Positions 48,351 through 57,968 of a DNA stretch of 64,000 bases are shown here, one piece after another. Below the pieces are notes generated by a model that ran no database searches, was not told the DNA's origin, and saw only the letters and a program-made list of their open reading frames with translations. How positions within the stretch are numbered: position 1 is the first letter of the stretch; each line of letters starts with the position of its first letter. Location of the stretch: positions 1-64,000 of IMG/VR virus record IMGVR_UViG_3300033120_000864. One strand, 5' to 3'. Origin of the DNA: a virus (taxonomy: Duplodnaviria > Caudoviricetes). The position numbers were made by a program, and so were the translations under genes.

Positions 48351-48689
48351 ATGCAAAAAGACAAAGTACTAGAGCTAGTTGACCAAAAAGTTAATCAATA
48401 CAAGATCATTAAGAAGATGCAAGAGCAGAATGATCCTAAATATAATCTCATTAAGGCTTGTGAAGAACTAGCTGAGCTTTCTGAAAAACTACTTAAGAAG
48501 GTAGTTAAAGAAGGTACTGATAAGTGTCCCTCAGATGATGATATTATAGAAGAAATAGGAGATGTTCAGATCAGACTTGATCTTTTGGGCCTTATCTTTG
48601 GACAAGATAAAGTTGAGAAAAGAATACAATATAAACTATCAAAATTTGAAGGTTATATGAAAGAAGGAAAGTTTGGGGGAAGAATATAA
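48351..48689 (+). CDS. MazG-like NTP pyrophosphohydrolase
   Basis: EELAEL...EEIGDV. Confidence 0.75.
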   Translation: MQKDKVLELVDQKVNQYKIIKKMQEQNDPKYNLIKACEELAELSEKLLKKVVKEGTDKCPSDDDIIEEIGDVQIRLDLLGLIFGQDKVEKRIQYKLSKFEGYMKEGKFGGRI

Positions 48690-48941
48690 GAAACTTGCTC
48701 AAAAAACCAAAGAATTCTGTGATGAAGAATCATTTAGTGAAGAGGAAACTTTTATAATGAGTGGTGATGAATTAAATGATATGAAATTCAACTATTACTA
48801 TGAAGGTATGGAGGCTATGCTTAAGGACCCTGATTTATCAGAGTTCTTAGCAGATACCATTCAATACAAAAAATGTACTAGTAGAATGGGTTTTATGAGA
48901 GAAGTAGAATTAGCTTTAGAAACTTACTTAAAACAAACACG

Positions 48942-49136
48942 ATGATGAAAAAGAAACAAATAGTAAAGTTTCTAAAAACTTTAGGAATTGATTATAATGG
49001 ATCTTACAAAATAAGTCCAGGAGAATTTCTAACTATGTATGATAAGTTTTTAGAAAAGGAAAGTAAGAAGAAAGTAAAGGTTAAAAAAACCAATACTAAA
49101 GCTAAAGAGGTAAATGAATATCTCTATTGGGTTTAA
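48942..49136 (+). CDS. small basic hypothetical protein
   Basis: Coupled ORF. Confidence 0.5.
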   Translation: MMKKKQIVKFLKTLGIDYNGSYKISPGEFLTMYDKFLEKESKKKVKVKKTNTKAKEVNEYLYWV

Positions 49137-49162
49137 TTGAAAGTGATTTATACAAATCATAA

Positions 49163-49489
49163 ATGGATTTAAATGAATACCAGATAAAATCTGCTGAAAG
49201 AGCAATATATGGTAATGATATGAAAATTATCTATCCTGCATTAGGACTTGCAAATGAAGCTGGAGAAGTATTAGGTAAAATAAAGAAAGTGCTTAGAGAT
49301 AATAAAGGAGTTTACACTGCTGAATTAAAAGAAGCAATTGCTTTTGAACTTGGAGATACTCTTTGGTATTGTGCTGTTTTAGCTAGAGACATAGATTATG
49401 ATCTAGATACAGTGGCACAAATGAATGTGAACAAACTTGAAGATAGAAGAAAACGTAATGTAATTCATGGATCAGGGGATAATAGATAA
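49163..49489 (+). CDS. MazG-like NTP pyrophosphohydrolase
   Basis: GLANEAGEV, ELGDTLWY, GSGDNR. Confidence 0.88.
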   Translation: MDLNEYQIKSAERAIYGNDMKIIYPALGLANEAGEVLGKIKKVLRDNKGVYTAELKEAIAFELGDTLWYCAVLARDIDYDLDTVAQMNVNKLEDRRKRNVIHGSGDNR

Positions 49490-49781
49490 ACTTATACCAA
49501 TTGCTGGAACAAACAACAGAGTGGTAATCAAAAGAGATGTTACTGAGGAAAAAACTGGTCTTATAATCCTAGCTGAAGGAGCAAAACAGGCTCCTAATAC
49601 AGGAATAGTAATATCAGTGAGTGAGAAAGATGCAGATGGATATCTTCCAACTGTAAAGAAAGGAGATAGAGTAATGTTTAATCCTGCACAATATATAGGA
49701 ATTCCTCTTCTCAAAAACAAAGACGTAGACATTTTTACAACAATAGAAAAGGATATTTTCTTAAAATTTCCAAATGAGTAA
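49467..49781 (+). CDS. groES: GroES-like co-chaperonin
   Basis: NRVVIKR, mobile loop KTGLIIL, VKKGDRVMF, EKDI. Confidence 0.75.
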   Translation: MDQGIIDKLIPIAGTNNRVVIKRDVTEEKTGLIILAEGAKQAPNTGIVISVSEKDADGYLPTVKKGDRVMFNPAQYIGIPLLKNKDVDIFTTIEKDIFLKFPNE

Positions 49782-50350
49782 AGCAGAAAAAAGTACAGAG
49801 CTTCTTCAAAAAGTATTAATGGATGAACTTCCAGAAATAGAGAGAGATGAAGAAATCTACAATTATCTTAAAGACAAAGATCAGGTACCAGAAAATTTCA
49901 TCCCTTATTGGGAAGAAGATGATGATGACTTTAACATAAAAGAACAACTATAAGATGGAAGAAAAAAACACATGGGAGAGTAATACTGCTCTCCCACAAA
50001 GGAATAGATGTAAAGAATGTGGCAGATTTGTAAAAGGAGGAATGTATAATATATTAATGCATGAATCCACTGTACATAATATGCACTATTATCCTTCAAA
50101 ATACATTACAAGAGATAGACTAGTTGAACATATTAGACATATATTTTGGAATGAATGAAGAAGATAAGAAGCTTTTGAAAGCTTACATGAAAGGTTTTAA
50201 TGATTATAGTGTAGATATTCCTAAGTTTAAGTATTTTAATCAAAGAATGCAAAAAGCTTATAATTTAGGAGTACAACATTTTATAATAGGAGATGATGTG
50301 AGAAGTGTAGATTACCTTTCAGATGAGCAAATTTTAAAACTAATAAAAGA

Positions 50351-51052
50351 ATGAAAATACTAGCAATTAGTGATACTCATGGTCAACATAAGAATTTTGC
50401 TAAAGAATACTTTGAAGGAATAGATATGATAATTCATGCAGGAGATGAAAGTAACTTTAGGGAATTAGCTTTTAATGAAAGAGAGTGGTTTGACTTTCTT
50501 GAATGGTATAGCGAACTCAATGTTAAATACAAAGTATTAATTGCAGGAAATCATTCAGCTTATTTAAGTAAATTTGGTAGGAGAATTAAGGAAGATTTAT
50601 ATAGGGATAATAATATAGTTTATCTTGAACATGAATCAACAAAAATAGAAGGAATTAACATTTTTGGTAGTCCTTATACTCCAACTTTTGGTCAATGGCA
50701 TTTTATGAAAGATAGAAGTAAATTAGATGATTATTGGAAGCAAGTACCTGATGATACAGATATACTTGTTACACATGGTCCACCAAAAACTATTTTAGAT
50801 TTATCTTTATCTAGAGATCGTGAGTTAGAGTTTTGTGGTGATGCTGCATTACTTAGACACATAACAGAAAGAATTAAACCAGCTTATAGTATATTTGGTC
50901 ACATTCATAATGTGGAGAATATAGTAAATGCAGGAACAAAAACAATGGCAGGATTAGACACTACATTTATGAATGTTTCTTGTGTTACAGATGGTAAGTT
51001 TAACATGGGACTTAGTTCTCATGGACAAAAATTTGAATATAATAAACAATAA
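50351..51052 (+). CDS. calcineurin-like metallophosphoesterase
   Basis: DTH, HAGD, GNH, THGPP, FGHIH. Confidence 0.88.
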   Translation: MKILAISDTHGQHKNFAKEYFEGIDMIIHAGDESNFRELAFNEREWFDFLEWYSELNVKYKVLIAGNHSAYLSKFGRRIKEDLYRDNNIVYLEHESTKIEGINIFGSPYTPTFGQWHFMKDRSKLDDYWKQVPDDTDILVTHGPPKTILDLSLSRDRELEFCGDAALLRHITERIKPAYSIFGHIHNVENIVNAGTKTMAGLDTTFMNVSCVTDGKFNMGLSSHGQKFEYNKQ

Positions 51053-51057
51053 AAAGT

Positions 51058-51879
51058 TTGTTAGATACTAAAGAAGAAAAAGGCATTAGATTTGATGATG
51101 GTAAGGTCAGACATGATCTCCTCTCATCTAATGCAATCAATGAATTATCAAAAGTACTCACTTTTGGAGCTCAAAAATATGCTGCTCATAATTGGAGAAA
51201 GGGTATGGCTTGGAGTAGAGTGATTGGTAGTTTAAAAAGGCATTTAAATGCTATTGAAAGAGGAGAAGATTTTGATCATGAAACAGGAGTGTTACATGCA
51301 GCACATGTTATGTGTAATGCAATGTTCCTTACTGATTATTACAAAATTTATCCTGAAGGAGATGACAGACCTCATGAATATCTTACCTACAAAAGAATAG
51401 GACTTGATATTGATGAAGTGTTATGTGATTTTACACAAGGATGGGGAGATTTATACAATTCTAATCCAAGACCAAATTCATGGTACTTTGATAGACAAAT
51501 GTTAGAGAAGTTTAAAGAATTAGAAGAAAAGGGAGAATTGGAATCATTCTATCTCAATCTTAAGCCTAAAACTTTAGCTAAAGATCTTCCATTTGAACCT
51601 CATTGTTATGTAACATCAAGACCAGTTCCAACAGCAGTAACTGAAAAATGGTTGGACATGCATGGTTTTCCTACAAGAAAAGTTATAACTGTGGATATTA
51701 ATACATCTAAAGTTGATGTATTAAAGCAGGAAAATGTGGATATATTTGTTGATGATAGATATGAGAACTTTGTAGAATTAAATAAGGCTGGTATTTGTAC
51801 CTTCTTATTTGATGCAGCTCATAATCACAAATATGAAGTGGGTTACAAAAGAATTAAGAGTTTAAAAGAATTAGTGTAA
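51058..51879 (+). CDS. dATP/dGTP diphosphohydrolase-like (DUF5664) domain fused to HAD 5'-nucleotidase-like domain
   Basis: FGAQKYAAHNWRKG, RH, HAAH; DIDEV, TSR, VDD. Confidence 0.8.
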   Translation: MLDTKEEKGIRFDDGKVRHDLLSSNAINELSKVLTFGAQKYAAHNWRKGMAWSRVIGSLKRHLNAIERGEDFDHETGVLHAAHVMCNAMFLTDYYKIYPEGDDRPHEYLTYKRIGLDIDEVLCDFTQGWGDLYNSNPRPNSWYFDRQMLEKFKELEEKGELESFYLNLKPKTLAKDLPFEPHCYVTSRPVPTAVTEKWLDMHGFPTRKVITVDINTSKVDVLKQENVDIFVDDRYENFVELNKAGICTFLFDAAHNHKYEVGYKRIKSLKELV

Positions 51880-51922
51880 TACAATTTAAAGAAGAAGATT
51901 ATTTGTTAATATTTATTAATAG

Positions 51923-51954
51923 TTTGTTATTCTAATTTATTTTTATTATCTTTG
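51923..51954 (+). promoter_or_regulatory. Bacteroidota sigma-A-type promoter
   Basis: TTTG-N20-TATCTTTG. Confidence 0.7.
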
Positions 51955-51960
51955 TATTAT

Positions 51961-52584
51961 ATGAATACAGGTATATATACAATAACTTCTATTATTGATA
52001 ATAAAGTATATGTTGGACATGCTAAAAATATTAAACTGCGATGGAATGGACATATAAGTCGCTTAAGAAATAATAGACATGAAAATAAACATCTTCAAAG
52101 TGCTTTTAATCTCTATAAAGAAAATAATTTTAAGTTTGAAATATTATGGGAATGTGAAGAAAAATATTTATATTCAGAAGAACATTATTGGTGTAATTTA
52201 TTAAACGTCAATAATCCAAAATTTGGATATAATATAGCTCAAACTAATCCTAATGGTACATGGGGATTTTCAGAAGAAACTAGAAAAAAAATGTCTGAAA
52301 GTAGAAAAAATACTACTATGTCTGAAATTAGTAAAAAAAAATTATCTATAACCATGAGTAGAAAAAGGGCTAATGGAGAAATAAAACTTTCTGAACAAGG
52401 ACGTGAAAATTTAAGATTAGCTCAAAAAAATAGAGTTAAAAAAATTTTAAATATAAAAACAGGAGAAATTTTTAATTCTGGTAAAGAATTAGCAGAATGT
52501 TTAAATGTACCATATCAAACAATAAATTCTAGAATGCATAGAAAAAGTAAAATATTTCAAAATTATAAATATGTAGAAAAATGA
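51961..52584 (+). CDS. GIY-YIG homing endonuclease
   Basis: GIYTI...YVG, HLQSAFN, GYN, SEETRKKMS. Confidence 0.9.
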   Translation: MNTGIYTITSIIDNKVYVGHAKNIKLRWNGHISRLRNNRHENKHLQSAFNLYKENNFKFEILWECEEKYLYSEEHYWCNLLNVNNPKFGYNIAQTNPNGTWGFSEETRKKMSESRKNTTMSEISKKKLSITMSRKRANGEIKLSEQGRENLRLAQKNRVKKILNIKTGEIFNSGKELAECLNVPYQTINSRMHRKSKIFQNYKYVEK

Positions 52585-53693
52585 CTTTTAAAGAAGAAGA
52601 TTTAGATGTAATATACAAAGTTAAGGTTGGAAGTCATGCTTATGGAACTAATATTCCTGAAAGTGATGAAGACTTTAAAATGATATATTTACAAAAACCC
52701 ATGGATGTTTTAAACTATGGGTATCAAGAGCAAGTAAATCTTACTAAAGATTGTACAGCTTATGAACTCAAGAGATTTATAGAACTATGTTGTACAGGAA
52801 ATCCTACAATGTTAGAACTTCTATATTCTCCTGAAGATTGTGTAGTATATAAACATCCTATTTTTGATCTAATTCTTGAAAACAAAGAGAAATTTCTTTC
52901 TAAATCTTGTAGATGGAGTTTTGGTGGATATGCTGTTTCTCAAATAGAAAAAGCTAAGGGGCTTAATAAGAAAATAAATTGGGAAAAAGAAAAAATAACC
53001 AGAAAAACTCCTATTGATTTTTGCTATGTTGTACTAGATCCTTGGACTAAGGTTCAAGCAAAAGAAGGTAGACAAGTAAGTATCAAACAAGGTGTATATC
53101 CTTTAAAAGATTGGCTTAAAAGAAAACACTTATCCTCAAAAGATGTAGTGCTAACTAAATTAAACCATTCTAAAGAAGGATATCAACTTTATCAATTTAA
53201 AGGTAGAGGAATAGAAGTGGATGGATCTAATAATCTTAGAACTTCAGAAACTCCTAAAAATATACTACCTATAGCTACAGTACTCTTTAATCCTGATGTC
53301 TATTCAAGGCATTGTAGGGAATATAAAGAGTATCAGGAATGGATGAAAGAAAGAAATGTTCAACGATATGTAGATATCAATGAACATGGACAAAAGATAG
53401 ATGGTAAAAATATGCTACATTGTGTTAGACTTCTGGAAACAGGAATAGAGCTAGCCAAAGAACATAAAATAAAGGTAAGAAGAGAAAATGCTGAATATCT
53501 TATATCAATAAGAAAAGGTAAAGTAGATTTAAATACATTATTAGAAAATTGTCAAAGTGCACTCACTGATTTGGACAAAGCTTATAATGAATCTACTCTT
53601 CCTGATAAAGCAGATAGAGCATTCTTTTTAACATTATTACCAGTAATAAGAAAACAATATCAAATTTCAAAAGGAACAAAAGATGGACTTTAA
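52581..53693 (+). CDS. RlaP-like Pol-beta nucleotidyltransferase
   Basis: GSHAYGT...SDED, NPTMLELL, KNMLHCVRL, LISIRKG. Confidence 0.85.
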   Translation: MTFKEEDLDVIYKVKVGSHAYGTNIPESDEDFKMIYLQKPMDVLNYGYQEQVNLTKDCTAYELKRFIELCCTGNPTMLELLYSPEDCVVYKHPIFDLILENKEKFLSKSCRWSFGGYAVSQIEKAKGLNKKINWEKEKITRKTPIDFCYVVLDPWTKVQAKEGRQVSIKQGVYPLKDWLKRKHLSSKDVVLTKLNHSKEGYQLYQFKGRGIEVDGSNNLRTSETPKNILPIATVLFNPDVYSRHCREYKEYQEWMKERNVQRYVDINEHGQKIDGKNMLHCVRLLETGIELAKEHKIKVRRENAEYLISIRKGKVDLNTLLENCQSALTDLDKAYNESTLPDKADRAFFLTLLPVIRKQYQISKGTKDGL

Positions 53694-54222
53694 AGGTGAT
53701 ATAATCATTACAGATCCTTGTTATATAATGGGGAAAGATAGTGATTGGGATAAGTGTGGGAATGGAGATAATATGGAAGCCTTAGGGATAACACATTATC
53801 TCTGTGCTGACACAGAATATGGAGATTGGGGATGTGTTACAATAAAAGATGTTCCTAATGCTCCATATATTTTAGGTAAACTTAGTATGAATTATGCTGA
53901 ACTATGGGATAAATCCAATAGTATAAAAAAGGATGAGACAGCTATTAAAACCTTAACAGAAAAAAGAGATAAGATAATTAATGAAAGTGGAATTATTCTA
54001 GGAAGATTTTGTGCAGATGCAGGCTTAGTTGCTGTGTTTTTGTTAGATGAAGTACTAAAATATAATCCAAAGTTTGATTATCATATAACAAGGCCTCATA
54101 CCACAACTCTTATCAAAGACTTTGATGGTGATATTGAAATAACACACAGAGGAGATGATAATGAAGTAAGTGTTATAGGTGAAGGAAATATTAGCTTCTA
54201 TACAACACAAACAGAATTATAA
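53683..54222 (+). CDS. hypothetical phage protein
   Basis: ITDPCY, YGDWG, FCADAG. Confidence 0.65.
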   Translation: MDFKGDIIITDPCYIMGKDSDWDKCGNGDNMEALGITHYLCADTEYGDWGCVTIKDVPNAPYILGKLSMNYAELWDKSNSIKKDETAIKTLTEKRDKIINESGIILGRFCADAGLVAVFLLDEVLKYNPKFDYHITRPHTTTLIKDFDGDIEITHRGDDNEVSVIGEGNISFYTTQTEL

Positions 54223-55598
54223 TGAAATTAACAGTAAAAGAAAACAGTAAGAACTATTTATGTGCTGTAGTGGAGATAAAGGAATTATTTCCAATTGAAG
54301 GAGCAGATAGGATAGTTAGAACCGTAATATTTGGAAATAATGTTATTGTATCTAAAGATGTAAAGATTGGAGATAAGATGTTATATTTTGTCTCTGGTAC
54401 AAAACTAAATCCTGACTTCTGCAAATGGAATGATTTACTTACTGATGCAGATCAAAATAGGAACAAAAAGGTTGGATATATTTCCTACAAACAGTTTAGA
54501 GTGAAAGCTATTAAGCTTAAAGGAGTTATATCTGATGGTATGCTTCTCCCTATAAATAGTTTAGAATTTCTTTCAGGAAATCATCAAATAGTATCTTCTT
54601 TAAAAGTGGGTGATGAGTTCACTGATATAGATGATATTTCTATTTGTGAGAAGTATATTATTCCTAGTAACCAAAGAGGAGGTGGTAATGGTACTCCTAG
54701 ACAAAAATCAGCTAAGATTAGTAGGCTTGTAGAAAATCAATTTTATTTTCATAATGATACAGATAATTTCAGAAAGAATACTCACAAGGTAGATCCTAAT
54801 GATATTATAGGTGTTCATTATAAAAAACATGGTACTTCTGTAGTTATAGGAAACGTTCTTGTAAAGAAAACACTTAGTTGGTATGAAAAGCTATTACAAA
54901 AGTTTGGTATCAATATAGTGAATATAGAATATGATATTATCTATAGCTCTAGAAAGGTTGTAAAGAATGGATTTCTAGAAACTCCTAATGCTAAGTCCTA
55001 TTATAAAACTGATATTTGGGGAGATGTAAAAGAAGAAATAAAAGATAAGATTCCAAAGAATTTTACCATTTATGGAGAAATATTAGGTTACACTAGTGAT
55101 GGAGCATTTATTCAGCATTCATATGACTATGGATGTGACTACAAGACTCATAAGTTTTATGTCTATAGGATTACATGTGTAAACCCTGATGGTAAAACAA
55201 TAGAACTTACAGACAAACAGATTGAAGAATTTTGTGAAAAACATGGACTTTTATACAAAGATACATTTATATTTTATGGAAAAGCTAGAGACTTGTTCAA
55301 TAAGCTTAACTTAAAACATAAATTTTGGTTGAGTCCTGATTTAGATAATTTTAGAGACTGGCAAGAGAATTTTACAAAACTTCTAGAAATGGAGTATAAT
55401 GAGAAAGATTGTTATATGTGTAAGACTAAGGTTCCTGAAGAAGGAATTGTAATCAGAAAAGAAGCACTTGATCATTATGAAGCCTATAAGCTTAAAAGCA
55501 GAAGGTTTCTACTTCAAGAGTCAGATCTTCAAGAAAAAGAAATGACTAATCTAGAAGATAATCAAGAAACAGAAGAGAATAATGAATCGACAGATTAA
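54222..55598 (+). CDS. ATP-dependent RNA ligase (DRB0094/Rnl2-like with N-terminal tRNA-binding OB-like domain)
   Basis: PIEGADRI, KLKGVISDG; KKHGT, YGE, FYVY, EEGIVIR, YKLK. Confidence 0.85.
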   Translation: MKLTVKENSKNYLCAVVEIKELFPIEGADRIVRTVIFGNNVIVSKDVKIGDKMLYFVSGTKLNPDFCKWNDLLTDADQNRNKKVGYISYKQFRVKAIKLKGVISDGMLLPINSLEFLSGNHQIVSSLKVGDEFTDIDDISICEKYIIPSNQRGGGNGTPRQKSAKISRLVENQFYFHNDTDNFRKNTHKVDPNDIIGVHYKKHGTSVVIGNVLVKKTLSWYEKLLQKFGINIVNIEYDIIYSSRKVVKNGFLETPNAKSYYKTDIWGDVKEEIKDKIPKNFTIYGEILGYTSDGAFIQHSYDYGCDYKTHKFYVYRITCVNPDGKTIELTDKQIEEFCEKHGLLYKDTFIFYGKARDLFNKLNLKHKFWLSPDLDNFRDWQENFTKLLEMEYNEKDCYMCKTKVPEEGIVIRKEALDHYEAYKLKSRRFLLQESDLQEKEMTNLEDNQETEENNESTD

Positions 55599-56538
55599 AG
55601 TATTAGTTGGAGTTAGTGGTTCAGGTAAAACTACCTGGGCTACTAAATTCATAAACGAGAACCCTAAATGGGTTAGAGTATCAAGAGATGATATTAGAAG
55701 ACAACTAGTGGGAACGTTAGATTAAACCTACTATAAAAGAAAGGATTTAAACTCTCTTGAGAAGCAAGTAACGGCTTTATTGTTCTCTAACATTAGACAC
55801 TTATTACAACAAGAGTTTAACATAATTGTAGACAATACTCACTTAAAAGAAAGTTATATTAATGAACTCGTAGTAGAGTTTAATCATTTAGCTGATATTG
55901 AAATTGAGTTTATAGGAATTGAAGAATCTCTAGCTACACTTAAGAGGAGAATAGAAGAAAGAGAAGACAAAAGAGTATGGTGGAAAAAGTTATTTTCTTC
56001 TGAAGTAAACACAAGTTATTTGAATAAACAATTCAAAGAATTTAATAGTTTACATAAGAAGGGAATACAAACTAAATTCCCTATTTTAGTCAGAAAAGTA
56101 AATCAGAATTACAAGTTACCTAATACAATAATTTGTGATTTAGATGGAACTCTTGCTTTATTTGGAGATAGAAATCCTTATGATAGGGATTTTGAAAATG
56201 ATATGTTTAGTCCACCAGTATTATTTGTATTAAAGAGTTGGATTCATGATAATCCAGATTGTAAGATACATTTTTTTAGTGGTAGAGCTGAGAAAGAAAG
56301 AGGAGAGACTACAAGATTCCTCTTAAGAGAATTTACTGAAGATCAGTTTATTCTTGAAATGAGGAAAAATAAAGATGTTAGAAATGACTCTTTAGTCAAG
56401 GAAGATATGTTTAACACTTATATTAAAGATAAGTTGTTTGTTCACTTTGTGATTGATGATAGATTGAGAGTGTGTAGGTTATGGAACAAATTAGGCTTAT
56501 TTTTATTTAATGTTAACCAAGATTTAAGTGAATTTTAA
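55582..56538 (+). pseudogene. T4 PseT-like polynucleotide kinase/3'-phosphatase with in-frame TAA at 55723-55725
   Basis: GVSGSGKTTW and SRDDIR before the stop; same frame continues to VDNTH, DLDGT, SGR, DDR. Confidence 0.85.
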
Positions 56539-56649
56539 CTGATAACTAAAGTTCTTCTACTAGTCAGTATTTTGGCAGTACTGATTCTACCAGAGTTTAG
56601 CACTAATCATATTTTATCTGTAGAGCAAAATAGGATTTAAAATAACAAA

Positions 56650-57051
56650 ATGAAAAAGAAAGTAGTAAGTAAAGGATATACTTTAGAAGTAGTATCATGG
56701 GAGAATGATGGTGATAATTATAATACTAAACAGTTTACAACAGAAAGTAAAGAAGAAGCTGAAAAGCTTTATAAAATATGTACAGTATTATTTAAATCTC
56801 ATAATAATAAACAAGGAGGTGTTGGAAACTCTATGGATGGTAAATGTAAAAAAACTATATTAGAGTATATTGAAGACAATAAAAAAGACTTTTCTGACCT
56901 TATAGATGAAGATGATATAATGGATTATTTTTATAATATAGGTTATGAATTAATGGGAGGTTCAGAATACTATGATTTTAGAGTTTGTGAATCTTGTATA
57001 GTAATTTTTTCAGAAGAAGATATTTACTTAGAACAAATAGAGTTTAAATAA
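56650..57051 (+). CDS. hypothetical phage protein
   Basis: SWENDGDNY, RVCE. Confidence 0.65.
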   Translation: MKKKVVSKGYTLEVVSWENDGDNYNTKQFTTESKEEAEKLYKICTVLFKSHNNKQGGVGNSMDGKCKKTILEYIEDNKKDFSDLIDEDDIMDYFYNIGYELMGGSEYYDFRVCESCIVIFSEEDIYLEQIEFK

Positions 57052-57482
57052 TGAAAAAAGAATTAAAAAAAGTAACAGTCTGGTATTCTATCCAAAATGG
57101 AGGAGATGGTTCAGCCCATCCAGCCTGGTTTTTGACAGAAGAAGAGACAGAATATGACCAAGAAAATGCAGATGAAGGATGGGGAGAAACATGTAATGGA
57201 TCAGTTGAAACCTTTGAAGGATCTGATATACATGAAAGAGCTAAGGAAAACTCTAAAGAGCAGCAAGAAGAAAGAGATGAAGAAGATGGTAAATTATCTC
57301 ATGATGACTTCTATGAGACTAGGGGAGTTGGAACAAAAGCAAGATCTGATAAACAATGCTTTACGTGTGGCAAGCTTATTAAGATGGGCACTCCACATGA
57401 CATGCATCACTTTTACCCTGAATTTGTTGCCTATCCAACCCATAAAGAGTGCACTGATGAGTTCATGGGTAATTTGAAATAA
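57051..57482 (+). CDS. hypothetical protein with C-terminal Zn-binding motif
   Basis: NGGDGSA, WGE, CFTCG, HKEC. Confidence 0.65.
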   Translation: MKKELKKVTVWYSIQNGGDGSAHPAWFLTEEETEYDQENADEGWGETCNGSVETFEGSDIHERAKENSKEQQEERDEEDGKLSHDDFYETRGVGTKARSDKQCFTCGKLIKMGTPHDMHHFYPEFVAYPTHKECTDEFMGNLK

Positions 57483-57503
57483 TTGTTAATAAAGTAGGTA
57501 ATT

Positions 57504-57535
57504 TTTGCTAGTCTCGATAATTTTTGTTATATTTG
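57504..57535 (+). promoter_or_regulatory. Bacteroidota sigma-A-type promoter
   Basis: TTTG-N20-TATATTTG. Confidence 0.7.
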
Positions 57536-57549
57536 TATATACAAAAAAA

Positions 57550-57948
57550 ATGAGAACAAAAGAAGAAAGCTTAGAAGAACACTTATTACATAAAGAGTTT
57601 ATAAAAGAGAAAAAAAGTAATAAACATAAAAAGAAAGAAAAAATAAAAACTTTTTTTAACAATTGTAAACCAGGAACAAAGGAGTACAGAAGAAGAAATT
57701 TATTAAGATATTATTTTAATATAACTCTAGAAGAATATAACAAATTACTAGAATCTCAGAACTATTCTTGTAGTATATGTAAGAGACATATGAGTACTTT
57801 TAAGAAAAACTTAGGAGTAGATCACTGTCATAAAACAGGTGTTATTAGAGGAATATTATGTAATAATTGCAATAATGGATTAGGAAATTTTAAAGATAAT
57901 ATTGATTTCTTAAAAGAAGCAATTACTTATCTTGATAAAAAATATTGA
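57550..57948 (+). CDS. endonuclease VII-like HNH homing endonuclease
   Basis: CSIC, VDHCHKTGVIRGILCNNCN. Confidence 0.9.
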   Translation: MRTKEESLEEHLLHKEFIKEKKSNKHKKKEKIKTFFNNCKPGTKEYRRRNLLRYYFNITLEEYNKLLESQNYSCSICKRHMSTFKKNLGVDHCHKTGVIRGILCNNCNNGLGNFKDNIDFLKEAITYLDKKY

Positions 57949-57968
57949 AAGTAATTTATATTACTTAA

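Noticed and set aside
49467-49781. GroES without GroEL as a novelty
   Set aside because: Stand-alone co-chaperonins are well known in large phages (e.g. T4 gp31).
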